The position numbers were made by a program, and so were the translations under genes. A DNA stretch of 64,000 nt, taken from NCBI RefSeq assembly GCF_009914755.1, contig NC_060934.1, one strand, 5' to 3'. Source of the DNA: the human T2T-CHM13v2.0 reference genome, Homo sapiens. Shown in pieces: positions 27,012 to 41,575 of this stretch (the first letter of the stretch is position 1; each line of letters begins with the position of its first letter). The notes below the pieces were generated by a model. The model saw nothing but the letters and a program-made list of their open reading frames with translations, had not been told where the DNA came from and made no database searches.

Positions 27012-30000
27012 CTGTGAATCTGTCTGATCGTGGGCTTTTATTGGTTGGTAGGCTATTAATTACTGCCTCAATTTCAGAACTTGTTATTGGTCTATTCAGG
27101 GATTCACCTTCTTCCTGGTTTAGTCTTGGGAGGGTGTATGTGTCAGGGAATTTATACATTTCTTCTAGATTGTCTAGTTTATTTGCATAGAGGTGTTAAT
27201 AGTATTCTCTGATGGTGGTTTGTATTTCTGTGGGGTCAGTGGTGATATCTCCTTTATCATTTTTATTGTATCTATTTGATTCTTCTTTCTTTTCTTCTTT
27301 ATTAGTCTAGCCAGTGGTCTATTTTCTTAATACTTTCAAAAAACCAGCTCCTGGATTCATTGCGTTTTTGAAGGATTTTTCAGTTTCTCTATCTCCTTCA
27401 GTTCTTCTCTGATCTTAGTTATTTCTTGTATTTTGCTATCTTTTGAATTTTTTTGCTTTTCTTTTCTAGTTTTCTTCATTGTGATGTTAAAGCATCGATT
27501 TCATTCTTTCGCATTTGCTGAGGAGTGTTTTACTTCAATTATGTGGTAGATTTTAGAATAAGTGCCATGTGGCACTGAGAAGCATGTATATTCTGTTGAT
27601 TTGGGGCGAAGAGTTCTATAGATGTCTATTAGGTCCACTTGATCCAGAGCTGAGTTCAAGTCCTGAATATCCTTGTTAATTTTCTGTCTCATTGATTTGT
27701 CTAATATTGAGAGTCGGGTGTTAAAGTCTCCCGCTATTATTGTTTGGGAGTCTAAATCTCTTTGTAGGTCTCTAAGAACTTGTTTTAAAAATCTGTTGCT
27801 CCTGTATTGGGTGCATATATATTTAGGATAGTTAGCTCTTCTTGTTGCATTGATCTCTTTACCATTATGTAATGCCCTTGTTTGTCTTTTTTGATCTTTG
27901 TTGGTTTAAAGTCTGTTTTATCAGAGACTAAGGTTACAACCCCTGCTTTTTTCTTGCTTTCCATTTGCTTAGTAAATATTACTCCATCCCTTTATTTGAG
28001 CCTATGTGTGTCTTTGCACATGAGATGGGTCTCCTGAATACAGCACATGGATGGGTCTTGACTGTTTATCCAATTTGCAAGTATGTGTCTTTTAATTGGG
28101 GCATTTAGCCCATTTATATTTAAGGTTAATATTGTCATGTGTGAATTTGATCCTGTCATCATGATGCTAGCTGGTTATTTTGCACAGTAGTTTATGCAGT
28201 TTCTTCATACTGTCATTGGTCTTTATATTTTGGTGTGTTTTTGCAGTGGCTGGCACCAGTTTTTCCTTTCCACATTTAGTGCTTCCTTCAGGAGCTCTTG
28301 TAAGGAAGGCCCGGTGGTAACAAAATCCCTCAGCTTTTGCTTGCCTAGAAAGGATTTTATTTCTCCTTTGCTTATTAATCTTACTTTGGCTGGATATGAA
28401 ATTCTGGGTTGAAAATTTTTTCTTTAAGAATGTTGAATATTGACCCCCACTCTCTTCTGGCTTGGACGGTTTCTGCAGAGAGATCTGCTGTTAGTCTGAT
28501 GGGCTTCCCTTTGTAGGTGACCTGAACTTTCTCTCTGGCTGCCCTTAACATTTTTTCCTTCATTTCAACCTTACAGATTCTGATGTTTATGTGTCTCGGG
28601 GTTGATCTTCTCATGGAATATCTTAGTGGTATTCTCTGTATTTCCTGAATTTGAATGTTGGTCTGTCTTGCTGGGTTGGGGAAGTTTTCCTGGATAATAT
28701 CCTGAAGTGTGTTTTCCAACTTAGATCCATTCTCCCCATCACTTTCTGGTACACCAGTCTATCACAGGTTTGATCTTTTCACATACTTCCATATTTCTTG
28801 GAGGCATTGTTTGTTCCTTTTTGTTCTTTTTTCTCTCATCTTGTCTGCATCCCTTATGCCAGCAAGGTGGTCTTTAATTTCTGATATCTTTTCTACCACT
28901 TGATCAACTGAGCTATTGATATTTGTGTATGCTTCACGAATTTCTTGTGCTGTGTTTTTCAGCTCCATCAGGTCATTTATGTTCCTCTCTACACTGGTTA
29001 TTCTGTCTAGTTAGCAGTTCCTGTAACCTTTTATCAAGGTTCTTAGCTTGCTTGCATTGGGTTAGAACATGCTCCTTTAGCTCTGAGGAATTTTATTAGC
29101 CACCTTATGAAACCTACTTGTGCCAATTCGTCAATCTCATTCTCCGTCCAGTTTTGCCCCCTTGCTGGAGAGGTGTTGCCAACATTTGGAGGAGAAAAAG
29201 CATTCTGGCTTTTGGAATTTTCAGCATTTTTGTGGTGGTTTTTCCCCTTCTTCATGGATTTATCTACCTTTGATCTTTGAGACAGATGACTTTTGGATGG
29301 GTTTTTTGTGGGGGGTTCTTTTTTGTTGATGTTGTTGTTGCTTTCGGTTAGTGTTTCTTCTAACAGTCAAGCTCCTCTTCTGCAGGTCTGCAGGTCTGCA
29401 GTTTGCTGAAGGTTCACTCCAGACCCTGTTCACCCAAGTGTCACCAGTGGAGGCTGCATAACAGCAAAAATTGCTGCCTGCTCCTTCCCCTGGAAGCTTC
29501 GTTGCAGAGGGGCACCTGCCTGATGCCAGTTGGAGCTCTCCTGTATAAGGTGCCTGTTGACCCCTGTTGGGATGTCTCTCCCAGTCAGGAGGCACGGGAT
29601 TCAGAGACCCACTTGAGGAGGCAGTCTGTCCCTTAGCAGAGCTGGTGTACTGTGCTGGGAGAATCCCCCTTGTCAGGATCAGCTGCTCTCTTCAGAGCCG
29701 GCAGGCAGGAAAGATTAAATCTCCTGACGCTGTGCAGGCAGCCGCCCCTTCCCTCAGGTTCTCTGTCCCAGGGAGTTGAGACTTTTATCTGCTGCATTTC
29801 CTTCAGAGACACCCTGCCCAGCGAGGAGTAATCTAGAGAAGCATTCTGGTCACAGCCACTTTGCCACGCTGTGGTGATTTCTGCCCAGTCCAAACCTCCC
29901 AGTCTCCTTAGCACTGTGAGGGGAAAATCGCCTACTAAAGCCTCACTATTGGTGGATGCCCCTCCCCCACAAATGTCGACCGTCCCAGGTCGACTCCAGA

Positions 30001-30568
30001 CTGCTGTGCTGGCAGTGAGAATTTAAGCCAGTGGTTCTTAGCTTGCTGTGCTCTGTGGGAGTGGGACCTGCTGGGCGAGACCACTGTTTCCCTGGCTTCA
30101 GCCCCCTTTGCAGGGGAGTGGACAGTTCTCCTCTCTTGCTGGGGTTCCAGGCACTGCTGGGGTATGAAAAAAACTCCTGCAGGTAGCTCGGTGCCTGCCC
30201 AAACAGCCGCTCAGTTTTGTGCTTGAAACCCAGGGCCCTGGTGGTGTAGGCTCACGAGGGAATCTCCTGATCCACAGATTGCAAAAGTCCGTGGGAAAAG
30301 CGTAGTACCTGGGATGGGTAGCACGGTCCCTCACCACTTCCCTTGGCTGGGAGAGGGAGGTACCCCGGTCCTTGCACTTCTCAGGTGAAGCCACACTCTG
30401 CCCTGCTTCTGCTTGCTCTCCATGGTTTGCACTCACTGCCTAACCAGTCCCAGTAGAATGAACTGTATTCCTCAGTTGGAAATGCAGAAATCACCTGCCT
30501 CCTGCATTGATCTGACTAGGAGCTGCAGACTGGAGCTGTTTCTATTAGGCCATCTCAGTCCCCCTCAC
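27012..30568 (-). mobile_element. 5' half of an L1PA7/8-like element (5'UTR, ORF1, ORF2 EN to pre-RT)
   Basis: ORF1 remnants (ENTLQDIIQENFPN...YKGKPIRLTADLSAET; MELKNTAQE), EN remnant (RQKINKDIQDLNSALDQVDLIDIYRTL), and 5' end gagatggcctaatagaaacagctccagtctgcagctcc on the minus strand. Confidence 0.95.
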
Positions 30569-31032
30569 TTTCAGGTATCTTTATAGCATCATCCCACTCC
30601 TAGGTATCAATCTTCTGTATTAGTCCATTTGTGTTGCTACAAGGGAATGCCTTAGACTGGGTAATTTATAAAGAAAAATGTTTACTTGACTCATAGTTCT
30701 GTAGGTTGTGCATGAAGCATAGTGCCGGCATGTGCTTCTGGTGAGGGCCTAAGAAAGCTTACAATCATGGTGGAAGGTGTAGGGGAGCCAGTGTGTCACA
30801 TGGCAAGAGAGGCAGCAACAGAGTGAGGGAGGAGGTGCAATGCTTTCTTAAAGAAGCATATCATAAGTGAACTCACAGAGCAAGACCTCCCTCGTACCCT
30901 GAGTACAGCACTAAGACATTCATGAGGGCTTTGACCCTACAACCAAACACCTCCCACTAGGCCCCAACTCCAACACTGCAGAACACATTTCAACATGAGA
31001 TTTGGAGGCAACAAAATATCCAAACCATATCA
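30569..31032 (-). mobile_element. MSTB-like 5' LTR (30617-31032) plus the first ~48 bp of MST-int
   Basis: minus strand reads tgatatggtttgg...ggactaataca|gaagattgatacctaggagtgggatgatgctataaagatacctgaaa. Confidence 0.9.
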
Positions 31033-31895
31033 GGAAAATCTAATCAATTGAATGGGTTCACATGCTCATCATTGTCTACTACCCTTGCAAGCAATATAGA
31101 ATATCTTCTCAGCCACTTGTTAAAAAAATCTCAGAACCTCCATATATTTTCTGCTTGAGATTTAACCTTTATCCTCTGCTACCTTTCATCCTGTCTTTTA
31201 AATGGTCAAAAATGTATCAGAAAAAAGGGAAAATCATGTATACTATACTTAAAACTGTTAGGAAGTATTTTTTGAAAATATTAAAGTTATTTTCAAAACA
31301 CAAAAATAAAATGATGGCAGACGTATGTTTGTTATTTCAGAAAAGGCACATTAGAGGGAAAATAATAAAATAAGATCTCATATCAGACTTACATTTTAAA
31401 TTTTCATTTCAAAGAAGTAAATTAACCCAGAATAAACAGAATTCAACTTATAAGGTTCTTGTTGTTTGAAACTGTATTGCACCATTTCACAGGAAAACAA
31501 GCTGCTAAAAATTTAGCACATAATTTATTATTCCCACTTATATTTATATTTGGAGTCTTGTAGTACATACTATTTATTTTCAAGGAGTTTGGCCACCTAT
31601 TAGAATCTTGTGATCTCTAAGAGTCAGAGTATATGATATTATTCATCTTTGTTTATGTATTAATTGAAATGAGGGCAGAAAATTCATAAAAAGTCCTTCA
31701 TGATCTGACTTGATGCCACCTTAAGGAGTCACTCAGAGTTCAGGAAAAAAAATCACTACTTGTCAGATAATTATTTTAGTAGTACACACAAAAGAATTCC
31801 CAAATTGTGGAAGATTTAGTAGATATTTTAATAGATCCTATTTGTGTTTTCAATGGTCCCATCAGTTCCCACACTGCTTCCAACAACTCTTCTCT

Positions 31896-31945
31896 TTAAA
31901 TATAAATGGGCTAAATGCCCCAATTAAAAGACACGGGCTTGCAAA
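31896..31945 (+). repeat. Isolated 50-bp L1 ORF2-start fragment (inverted copy of 28074-28123)
   Basis: 47/50 identical to the reverse complement of 28074-28123. Confidence 0.85.
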
Positions 31946-34676
31946 CTAAAGAAACAAGTATATATGACAGAGAACCAATTCAGCTCAGCAGCAGTTTTCC
32001 TCAAAAAGCTTGTCACACATTCAAGACTTCTGTTCAGCTGTATTGAAATGATGGTTTAATTCCCAAAGTCCTGATTACGATTCAGGTCTTTATATTCAGC
32101 CAAGCCTACTTTTTGGATATAAACACTCTCTACCCTGGTCAAAAAGAAGAAAAGAATAAGCAATGACATGTTTGTTGTCTTAGAAAACATCGGCTTAAAA
32201 GCTGAAACAAGTAATGGATCTCTTTCTTTCAGACTACCCAGAATAATCACTGCCTCTGCTAATCACTGTTTTTCTAACAGTATGTACTACTGATGGTATG
32301 AATATTTTAATACATGTCTTGCATTATTATTTGATCATTTGGGTATATGTGCTGGGGCATTCTATTTTCTTTTTCAAAATGTTATGTGTTCTCTGGAGAA
32401 ATGTTTTGATCCCTCTCTCTCCAAAAAATACATAGACATAATTCTGTATGTGACTTATGAAAATATTTTTTCTTAATAAATATATACTCCTACATGACTT
32501 TGAACTTAAGCAGAATGAAAATGGGGAAAAATTGGGAAATTAATTGCAGTGGGTTGCTCTGTTTAGTAGCTCTTGTATCAATGTCCTAAATTCAAAACTA
32601 CTTAACATATTTTACAGTACCCTAAATTTCAATTTGAAAAAGTGAAATTCAACACTATTTATGTTTCCTCTCAATACAAGAAAGTTTCTATTTGTATTTA
32701 TTGGATGGTAGTAAAACAAATTCATGATGACAGAAGCAAAACATAAGAAATATATTTGTCATGCAGGGAAGTTATTAGAAAGTTGAATCAAGTAAAATAA
32801 AATTAAAATATTTACTCAGTTTTGTGGTAACAAAATAATTTGGCTTATTATAAATAGGATACTTTTTAGCTCACATAAAAATTTAAAGATGGTTTTAGTT
32901 CAAGAAGCACAAACTTCTATACAATGGTGCTCACAATAATAAGTTTTTAGAGAAGTATTAGTGGGTATAGTCCATAATTTTCTCATTGTAAGATTTTATG
33001 GGTTAGGAGAAATATGGTTTGTGGAAGAGACTAAAAACTACAAAAATCAATGATGTGAGTTTACTTTGCAACCAGTGGCACTAGTTGATTTTTATATCAG
33101 CTCTTCCTAACTTTCTATCTCTTTCAGTGTAAAAGTGAATCATCAATCTGTGCTATATAGTTCTCTCCCACACTAATATTTATAAAGTATATGAAAGACA
33201 AACATCTGTCTTCTTTAAAAATACATTTACATAGTGGCATATTCCCTTTTTAACTTAATAGAGCTGTTTAGACAAATATAGAAAAATTATAGTGGCATAG
33301 ATCACTTGAGAAAAATATTTAAGCACACAAATTTATATGGATACACAAATAGATTTGTGTGTGCATATATATATATATAAAACCTAATACATTATCCTAA
33401 TTTTGTTCTTCATAACTGTTAATCTGACACCAGTATATTTATTTATAATATTTATCATTTAAAGCAAAGATTTAAAATAGGATTAATTCAGAATTTATCT
33501 GATTTTTAAGGGCTTTTCTCATACAGAAGACCTCAAATCCCCTTAATTATCTCCCATCTGGCTTTCTTTGCTTGTCTCTATAGCTTTGTCCACTGCAAAG
33601 TTCTATTTTGTGGTGATATTTTTATTAATTTCCTCATGACTAAAACCACCATGAAAAACTCATATGAGGAGCAAACTTCACTAAAAACATTAATGTTTCC
33701 TGGGGAGGAGAGAAAAACTTAAAATTCAATACTATTCATGCTCACATTCCCAATACGATGAAGTTTCTAATTGTATTTATTAGATATTAGTAAAAAATTA
33801 TGATAACAAGAGCAAAATATAAGTAATAGATTTGTTACTCAGCGAAGTTATTAATTTCTACTGGCTAGGGAAATAACTGTCTATGAAATTGTAGTAGATA
33901 TTTTTAAATAACCGATGATCAAGATTTTTTATGTCTGGTATTCTATTGAGTATTGTCCACGTTATTACAGAATGTGTAAATCTGCGAAGACATAGAAAAC
34001 GTTTAATTTCTAAACAACTAACACATACCAAAATCATAACAAGTTTTACAATATTTGGGAGGCAATGTAAGTTTTCATTAATTATCTTGCAAAGAACTTA
34101 TTGCCAGTGAGTTTGATGCCTTATAATGACAATCTGCCTTGTCTTTAGAAAGTTGTCGCTGGTACATGAAATGATGAAAGCTTCGTAAACCTAGAATATA
34201 GTTTAGTTTTTGAACTGACTAAATATAGTCATATAGAAAATCCAATTTGCCATTCATAAATTTGTTCACATACTTCCAGCATAAGTATAGAAAATATATT
34301 ATTCCACTTTATGTTGAGAATCCAATGTTATAGCCACCTAGGGATGACAAAATAACAATTTATGTTAAAAGAGATGTTTTTAGCCCATAATAGGAGATGG
34401 TTGCTATCTAAAATAAACTGTTCCTAGTAATTGTCATATTTTAATCCTATTCTCAGCTACCTTTACATGATATAAAACCTCTTTCATCCTGTGAGGTTTT
34501 CTATTGTTTATTAAAAGCACCTCTTCTATGGAAGTTTGCTGCAGAGAACGCTTTCTCCTCAATACCATTTTTTATATGTGAATGTGGAATCTGGAAGAAA
34601 TATTAAACGAAAGTTAATGTTCTTACAAATGCACATACTTTTTATCCGTGTTGAATGAATTTTAGGTTGCTTTTTT

Positions 34677-34679
34677 ATT

Positions 34680-34714
<35 letters not shown>

Positions 34715-34998
34715 TTTGAGACAGAGCCTCACTCTGTCACCCAGGCTGGAGTGCAGTTGTGTGATCTCGGCTCACTGAAACCTCCGCCTCCATGTTAAAA
34801 TGATTCTCCTGCCTCAGCCTCCCAAGTAGCTGAGATTACAGTCGTGCACCACCATGCCTGGCTAATTTTTGTATTTTTAGTAGAGTTGGGGTTTCGACAT
34901 GTTGACCAGGCTGGTCTCAAACTCCTAACTTCAAGTGATCCACCCTCCTTGGCCTCCCAAACTGCTGAGGTTATAGGCGTGAGCCACTGAACCCGGCC
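34677..34998 (-). mobile_element. AluS (Sx/Sz-like), full length, (TTTA)n tail
   Basis: dimeric Alu; TSD tgctttttt 34668-76 / 34999-35007. Confidence 0.95.
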
Positions 34999-36250
34999 TG
35001 CTTTTTTAAATTCAAGATTTTGTCATCAAAACCAAGCAAACTTATGTACACAAAGCTACTTACATGGTAGATGATTGCTAAACATAGAAATACCAGACAC
35101 ATGAGAGCTTATCAGTGTGTGATTTCCACAATCTAACTATCAGATACTGATATAGAGTTTGAATATCTGATTGAGGTAGCTTCTTTTTCACTATATTGGC
35201 TTTTTTTGCATAACTTTCGCCACTGCAATTAACTCAGTTCAGTAAAGACGTTATTTTGGGTAATACAAAATGATTTGTGATCCCCTGCCACCATAACCAT
35301 ACAGAAATCCCTGGTTGTATATTTTAATGAGAGATTTGAAATACTTCCTTGGGGATTTTAATTGACATAACCATACTACCATATATTCATATTTGAGGCA
35401 GCTGACTTTATGGCCAAGTAGGTATTTCAATTGCAAATCATTATTTTATTGGTAGATCAGATGATTGTGGCCTTATTTCATAGAGAAGATCCACTACATA
35501 AAATAAGACTGTTAAGGTGCAATAAAATTACTATTTTTATTGTACCAATTACCATCTTCTCACTTCTTTTAATTGTCTCATTCGTTGTAGATCAGAAATG
35601 GAAACAGCCTATTTTTCCTGAAATCAGTATGTTCCTGAATTCTCTGAGTATTTTTCCACTTAATGTAAAAAGTTAACTTTTATAGGAGATGGAATTTGAT
35701 AAATTTAAAAAGTTAATCTTTATCATAACAAAGAATAAGTTCTGGATGAATACATTGCCTTACATTAAATAATTATGCTCTCTCAGTGTTTTCTTCTTGT
35801 AAATCATGGCTGACATATTAAATAGCTTAAATTTTGTTGTAATCCCCAAATCTGTAGTTATATGACATCCTTAATTTTAAATATTTTAAAGGATGGCTTT
35901 CTGATTGTCTCATTGCTTTCTATGTAATGTATCAAATAGTTTACTCCTTGGTAAATTAAACAAGTTAAATGAGTTCTAGAAAACATTTAAAATATACCAT
36001 ATGCTGCCTACTTAGGGTACACTAATTAAAGTAAATCATTATATATTTCATCTATGTGAATTGTTATCTTCTGCCTTTGCATAATACACCATAGGGGCAT
36101 AATATATATCTGGATAATCTATCATGTATGAAATGACATTTATGCCCCACAATGTGTATTGAGTGATGTTTATTTCTTATAGATGACATAGTTGCAATTA
36201 GTAGTCACATCTCTTCACCTACTCACTCCTAACCATGATGGTAATTTTTT

Positions 36251-36577
36251 TCTTTATTTTATTTTATTTTTATTTTTATTTTTTAATTTTTTTGGCCATG
36301 GTCTTCTTTGTCACCGAGGCTGGAGTGCAGCTGCTGCAAGGTTCACATCAACCTAGACTTCCCTGGCTCAGGAGATCCTCCCATCTCACCCTCCCAAGCA
36401 GCTGGGACCAAAGGTGCACGCATGCGCACTACCACCCCCGGGTAATTTTTGCATTTTTGTAGAGATGGGGTTTTGCTATGTTGAGCAGGCGGATCTCCAA
36501 CTCCTGGGCTCGAGCGAGCCTCCTGCATTGGCCTCCCAAAGTGCTGGGATTACAGGCCTCAGCCACAGCACTCGACC
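36251..36577 (-). mobile_element. AluJ, full length
   Basis: AluJ-type ctcctgggctcgagcgagcctcc; degenerate TSD catgatggtaatttttt / aatgatggcaatatttt. Confidence 0.9.
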
Positions 36578-36819
36578 AATGATGGCAATATTTTAATCAA
36601 AGTCTGGTCTTTTCAAATGTATCTAAGAAAATGTGGTAAAAGGAAACATGTATAACCATGTCTAAAGAGATATTATAAGGCATAAAACATTTTGGGAAGA
36701 CTTTGGAAGAAATAAAAATAACTTTGAATTTTAGATCTCATTTTATATTGATATTTGTTTAATATTACCATCACTGAAGTTTGATTTTGCTTTAGGTCGT
36801 CTAATATTAAGAATTCTTG

Positions 36820-37143
<324 letters not shown>

Positions 37144-37650
37144 TTATTTTTGTCAGATTCTCCCCTTTCCTCCCAACCAAACTCTCTACCTGTTGTGTTG
37201 TCCTCCTTGTTCCAAGGCTTATCTTCACCTTAAACATTGGGTTATTCCCATATTGAATGAATCTCATGCTAGTCAACTGTTTTTCCCTCCTTCTCTCTTT
37301 ATTCCAATAAAATATCTAAACATTTATTATTAGGGTGATTGCCTTTCCTCCTTGATCTGAAGACAGAAGTTGTATCTGCTTTTAAAGTGGATAGGAGTCT
37401 CAGCACCTAATAAAAATGACTTGTGAAGCTTTTGCACCACATGTAACTTCATCCTTAAGAATATTTCCATTGTAGCATAATTTAAAAGTGTGTTGTTGAC
37501 ATGGCAATCAAGGTCAGAGAAAAAGAAGCAGAGAATTATTTGTAGTAGATATGGAAATGGGTAAGTAGAAGGATACTACGTGTATCCATATCTACTACAA
37601 ATAATATAATAAATATAAAAATATAATTTCTAGGTTTTTAATCTATTGAT

Positions 37651-37704
37651 AAAGTAAAATTTGAAAGTAATTTTTTGAAAGTAAAATTTGAAAGTAATTT
37701 TTTG
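37651..37704. repeat. Perfect 27-bp tandem duplication
   Basis: aaagtaaaatttgaaagtaattttttg x2. Confidence 0.95.
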
Positions 37705-37764
37705 GGTATATTCTCAATTAATTACATTTGATGTGACATTGAAAATTGTATACCTTAAAATAAA

Positions 37765-39066
37765 TTTTTTAAACTTTTATTTTTAGTTCAAGCATACATG
37801 GGTAGGCTTGTTACATAGCTAAATTGTGTGTGAAGGCGGTTTGGTGTACAGATAATTTCATCACCAGATAGGTGGTTTGATGATCCTCACCCTTCTCCCA
37901 GCCACCACCCTCCAGGAGACCCCGGTGTCTATTGTTTCCTTCTTTGTGTCCCTAAGTACTCCATGTTTAGCTCTGATATGGTTTGTATTTGTGTCCCCAC
38001 CCAAATCTCATGTCAAATTGTAATCCCCAATGTTGGAGCTTGGGCCCTGTTGGGGGTGATTGGATTATGGTGGCTGATTTCTGACTTTGATACTGTCTTG
38101 GGATAGTGTTCTCAGGTGATCTGGTTGTTTAAAAGTGTGTGGTACCTCCCCACTGCTTTCTTCCTCCTGCTCCAGCCATAAAGACATGCCAGTTTTCCCC
38201 TTGCCTTCTCCTATGATTCTAAGTTTCCTGAGGCCTCCCCCACCATGCTTCCTGAAAAACCTGCAGAATGGTGAGTCAATTGAACCTCTTTTCTTTAAAA
38301 TTATCCAGTTTCTCGGGTATTTCTTTATAGCAATGTGAGAATTAATACATCTCCCACTTACAAGTGAGAACATGTCATATTTGGTTTTCTGTTCCTGTGT
38401 TAGTTCCCTTAGGATAATGGCCTCCAGATCCATCCATATTGCTCATTCTTTTTTAAGGCTGCATACAATTCCATGGTGTATATATACCACATTTTCTCTC
38501 TTTACTCACTCTACTGTTGATGGGCATTCAGATTGATTCCTTGTCTTTACTATTGTGAATAGTGCTTCAATGAACACACACGTGCATGTGTTCTTGTGGT
38601 ACAACAGTTTATATTCCTTTGGGTGTATACTCAATGATGGGATTGCTGGGTTTAATGGTAGTTCCATTTTAAGTTTTTGAGAAATCACCACATTGCTTTT
38701 CACATGGCTGAACTAATTTACATTCTCACCAGCAATGTGTATTTCCTTTTCTCTGTAACTTGGCCAGCATCTGTTATTTTTTAACTTTTTAATGATAGCT
38801 ATTCTGACTGGTGCGAGACAGTATCTCACTGTGGTTTTAATTTGCTTTTTTTTATGACGATTAGTGATGTTGAGTATTTTTTAATGTTTTTTGGCCATGT
38901 GTATGTCTTCTTTTGAAAAGTGTCTGTTTATTTACTTTGCCTACTTTGTAATGGAGTTGTTTTTTTTTTTCTTGTTAAGTTCTTTATAGGGTCTGAATAT
39001 TAGACCTTTTTTAGATGCATAGTTTGCAAATATATTCTCTCATTCTATAGGTTGTCTGTTTACTCT
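37765..39066 (-). mobile_element. 5'-truncated L1PA13-16-like 3' end, interrupted by an MSTA LTR
   Basis: antisense 3'UTR (ggtttggtgtacagataatttcatcacc) and ORF2 C-terminus (ELPLNPAIPSLSIHPKE; MDLEAIILRELTQEQKTKY). Confidence 0.9.
37974..38349 (+). mobile_element. Solo MSTA LTR nested in L1
   Basis: tgatatggtttg...ccaaatctcatgtcaaattgtaatcccc...gcaatgtgagaattaataca; host L1 tttagctc|ccactta resumes after it. Confidence 0.9.
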
Positions 39067-39969
39067 TGAATGCTCATTTTAGCCATCTTTTCACGTGTGA
39101 CAACTTAGCATTAAAAATCTGCCGAAAATCAACTTATCATCACCGGCATGCTTCTGCAATCTGTTCTGTTGTCAAGGTGAAATGAGAACTTAACAATTTC
39201 ACAGTCAGTTCGATTCAGCAAACATTTTATGAAACATCTGCTATGTGTTAGGAATTTTTCTAGCTGTGGAGTGAACCTCAGTAAGAAGTCACACATAGCC
39301 TCTGCTCTAAGGGATTTTGCTATCTAATAATGGTAACATAAAAGTTCATGTACCTGTAACAAAAAAGAGTACTTAATAGATCTTAATAGATGCAAAGACA
39401 AGAACAACTGTGGCAGACTCAGAGGACTAAGGAATAGTCATGGAAGAGAAGCTTGAGATAGAGCTTGTAAGTTAGATAATATTTCAACAGGTAGAGATAG
39501 AGAATTCATATCTAGGGAAATAGTAAGCAGAGCTTAAAGGTGGTAAATTGCATTTGTCTATCTAAAAGGACTTACTGCAAGTAATGAGGAGATGGACCAA
39601 TAAAGCTAATATAGGCTCAGATCTAGAAAATCTAGGATATTTGTTTAATAACTGGGAAGTTTGCAGTTTAAGTCATTTGTGAGTAATGCATTTATCCTTT
39701 ATGTGTTTGTTAACTTGTATAAATCTTGCTTTTGTACATTGACTTTTTCCTGTATGAGAACCAGTTTACTAAAAAGCAGATAAAATATCTACAGATATAT
39801 TTTTCCCACTCAACAATTTTTAAAAACTAAACAACTTTTTAAAAAAGTACGTTACATTTTTCCCAATTTTATTAAATGTGTAAAAAATAAAATTATATTG
39901 TTTTTTAACCCTAATCAGGGCATTGTCACATTTTTGCCATCCTTTTGTCTGTTTAAAAACTAGACAACT

Positions 39970-41575
39970 TGCTATTCAAAGGGATGTTCAGATTCAATGT
40001 AATCCTCACCAGAATAAAAATGGCATTCTTCACAGAAATATGAAAAACAATCATAACATTTATTAAAAAATCAAAAAGGACCCTGAAAAGCCAAAACAAT
40101 CCTGAGCAAAAACAAACAAAACAAAACAACAACAAAAATGCTGGAGACTCCATACTACCTCTCTTTAAAATATACTACAAAGCTATCCAAAATAGCAAGG
40201 TGCTGTGATAAAAACAGATATGTATACCAGTGGAAGACAATGGAGAATTCAGAAGCAAATCCATATATTCACAACCAACTCACTTTCAACAAAGGCACCA
40301 AAAACATACATTGGAGAAAGTAAAGTATCTTGAATAAATGGGGCTGAAAAACTGGATATTCACATGCAACAGAATGAAACTGGATTCCTATCTTTTACCA
40401 TATAAAAATCAACTCAAAATAGATTAAAAATTGAAATGTAAGACCCAAAACTATAAAACTGCTAGAATACAACATAGGGGAAATGCTTCATGCTATTAGT
40501 CCAGGCAAAGATTATTTGAGTAAGACCTTGAAAGCACAGGCACCAAAAGCAAAAACAGACAGATTAAACTCTATCAAGCTAAAACGTATCTGCACAGCAA
40601 TGGCCACAACCAATAGAGTGAAGGTGCAACCTATAGAATTGGAGAATATAATTGCAGTGTATCCATCCAACAAAGAATTAACATTCAGGATATATAAAGA
40701 GCTAAAAGAATTCAATAGTTTTTAAAAATTTCATTAAAAAGTGTGCAAAGGACGTGAAGAGGAATTTCTTCAAAGAAGACATACAAATGGCCAACAGGTA
40801 TATTAAAAAATGCTAAACATCACTAACCATCGGGAAATGCAAATCAAAACCACAATGAGATATCACCTCACATCTCTTAGAATGGCTATTACCTAAAGAA
40901 TAAAAGGTAAGTATTAGCGAGCATGCAGAAAAAGTAAACTCTTATACACTGTTGGTGAAAATGTAAATTATTATAGCCATTATGGAAAAACATATGACTG
41001 TTCTTCAGAAAACTAAAAATAGAAATATCATGTGACCCAATAATCTCACTACTGAATATATATCCAAAGGAAAGACAATGAATACATTGAAGAGATAATT
41101 GAATGAAATCTTGCCATTTGTGGAGGACATTGTATTTAGTGATATAAGCCAGGTACGGAAAGACAAATACTCCATGTTCTCACTCATATGTGGCAGCTAA
41201 AAAGTTGATGTCATAAAAGTAGATATTAGAATAGTGGTTACCAGAGGAAGGGAAGGATGAGGTGGGAAGGGGAGATAGGAAGAGGTTGTTTAATGGGTAC
41301 ACAATTACAGTTAGATAACAAAATAACTTTCTAGCGTTCTATAGCATAGTACAGTTGACTAGAGCTAATAACAATTTATTATATACTTCAAAATAGCTAG
41401 CAGAGAGGAATTTGAATGTTCCCAACACAAATTATGAACATTTAAGATGATGAAGATAATACATATACCAATAACCTAAATTTGATCACTACATATTGTA
41501 TACATGTAATGAAATATCATGTGTTTTATAAATATGTATAATTATGTATCAATTGGAATTTTAAAAATTGTATTA
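39970..41575 (+). mobile_element. 5'-truncated L1MA-type element
   Basis: ORF2 C-terminal remnant plus L1MA 3'UTR (gaatagtggttaccagagg, aattacagttagata, gaatgttcccaacacaaa). Confidence 0.85.
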
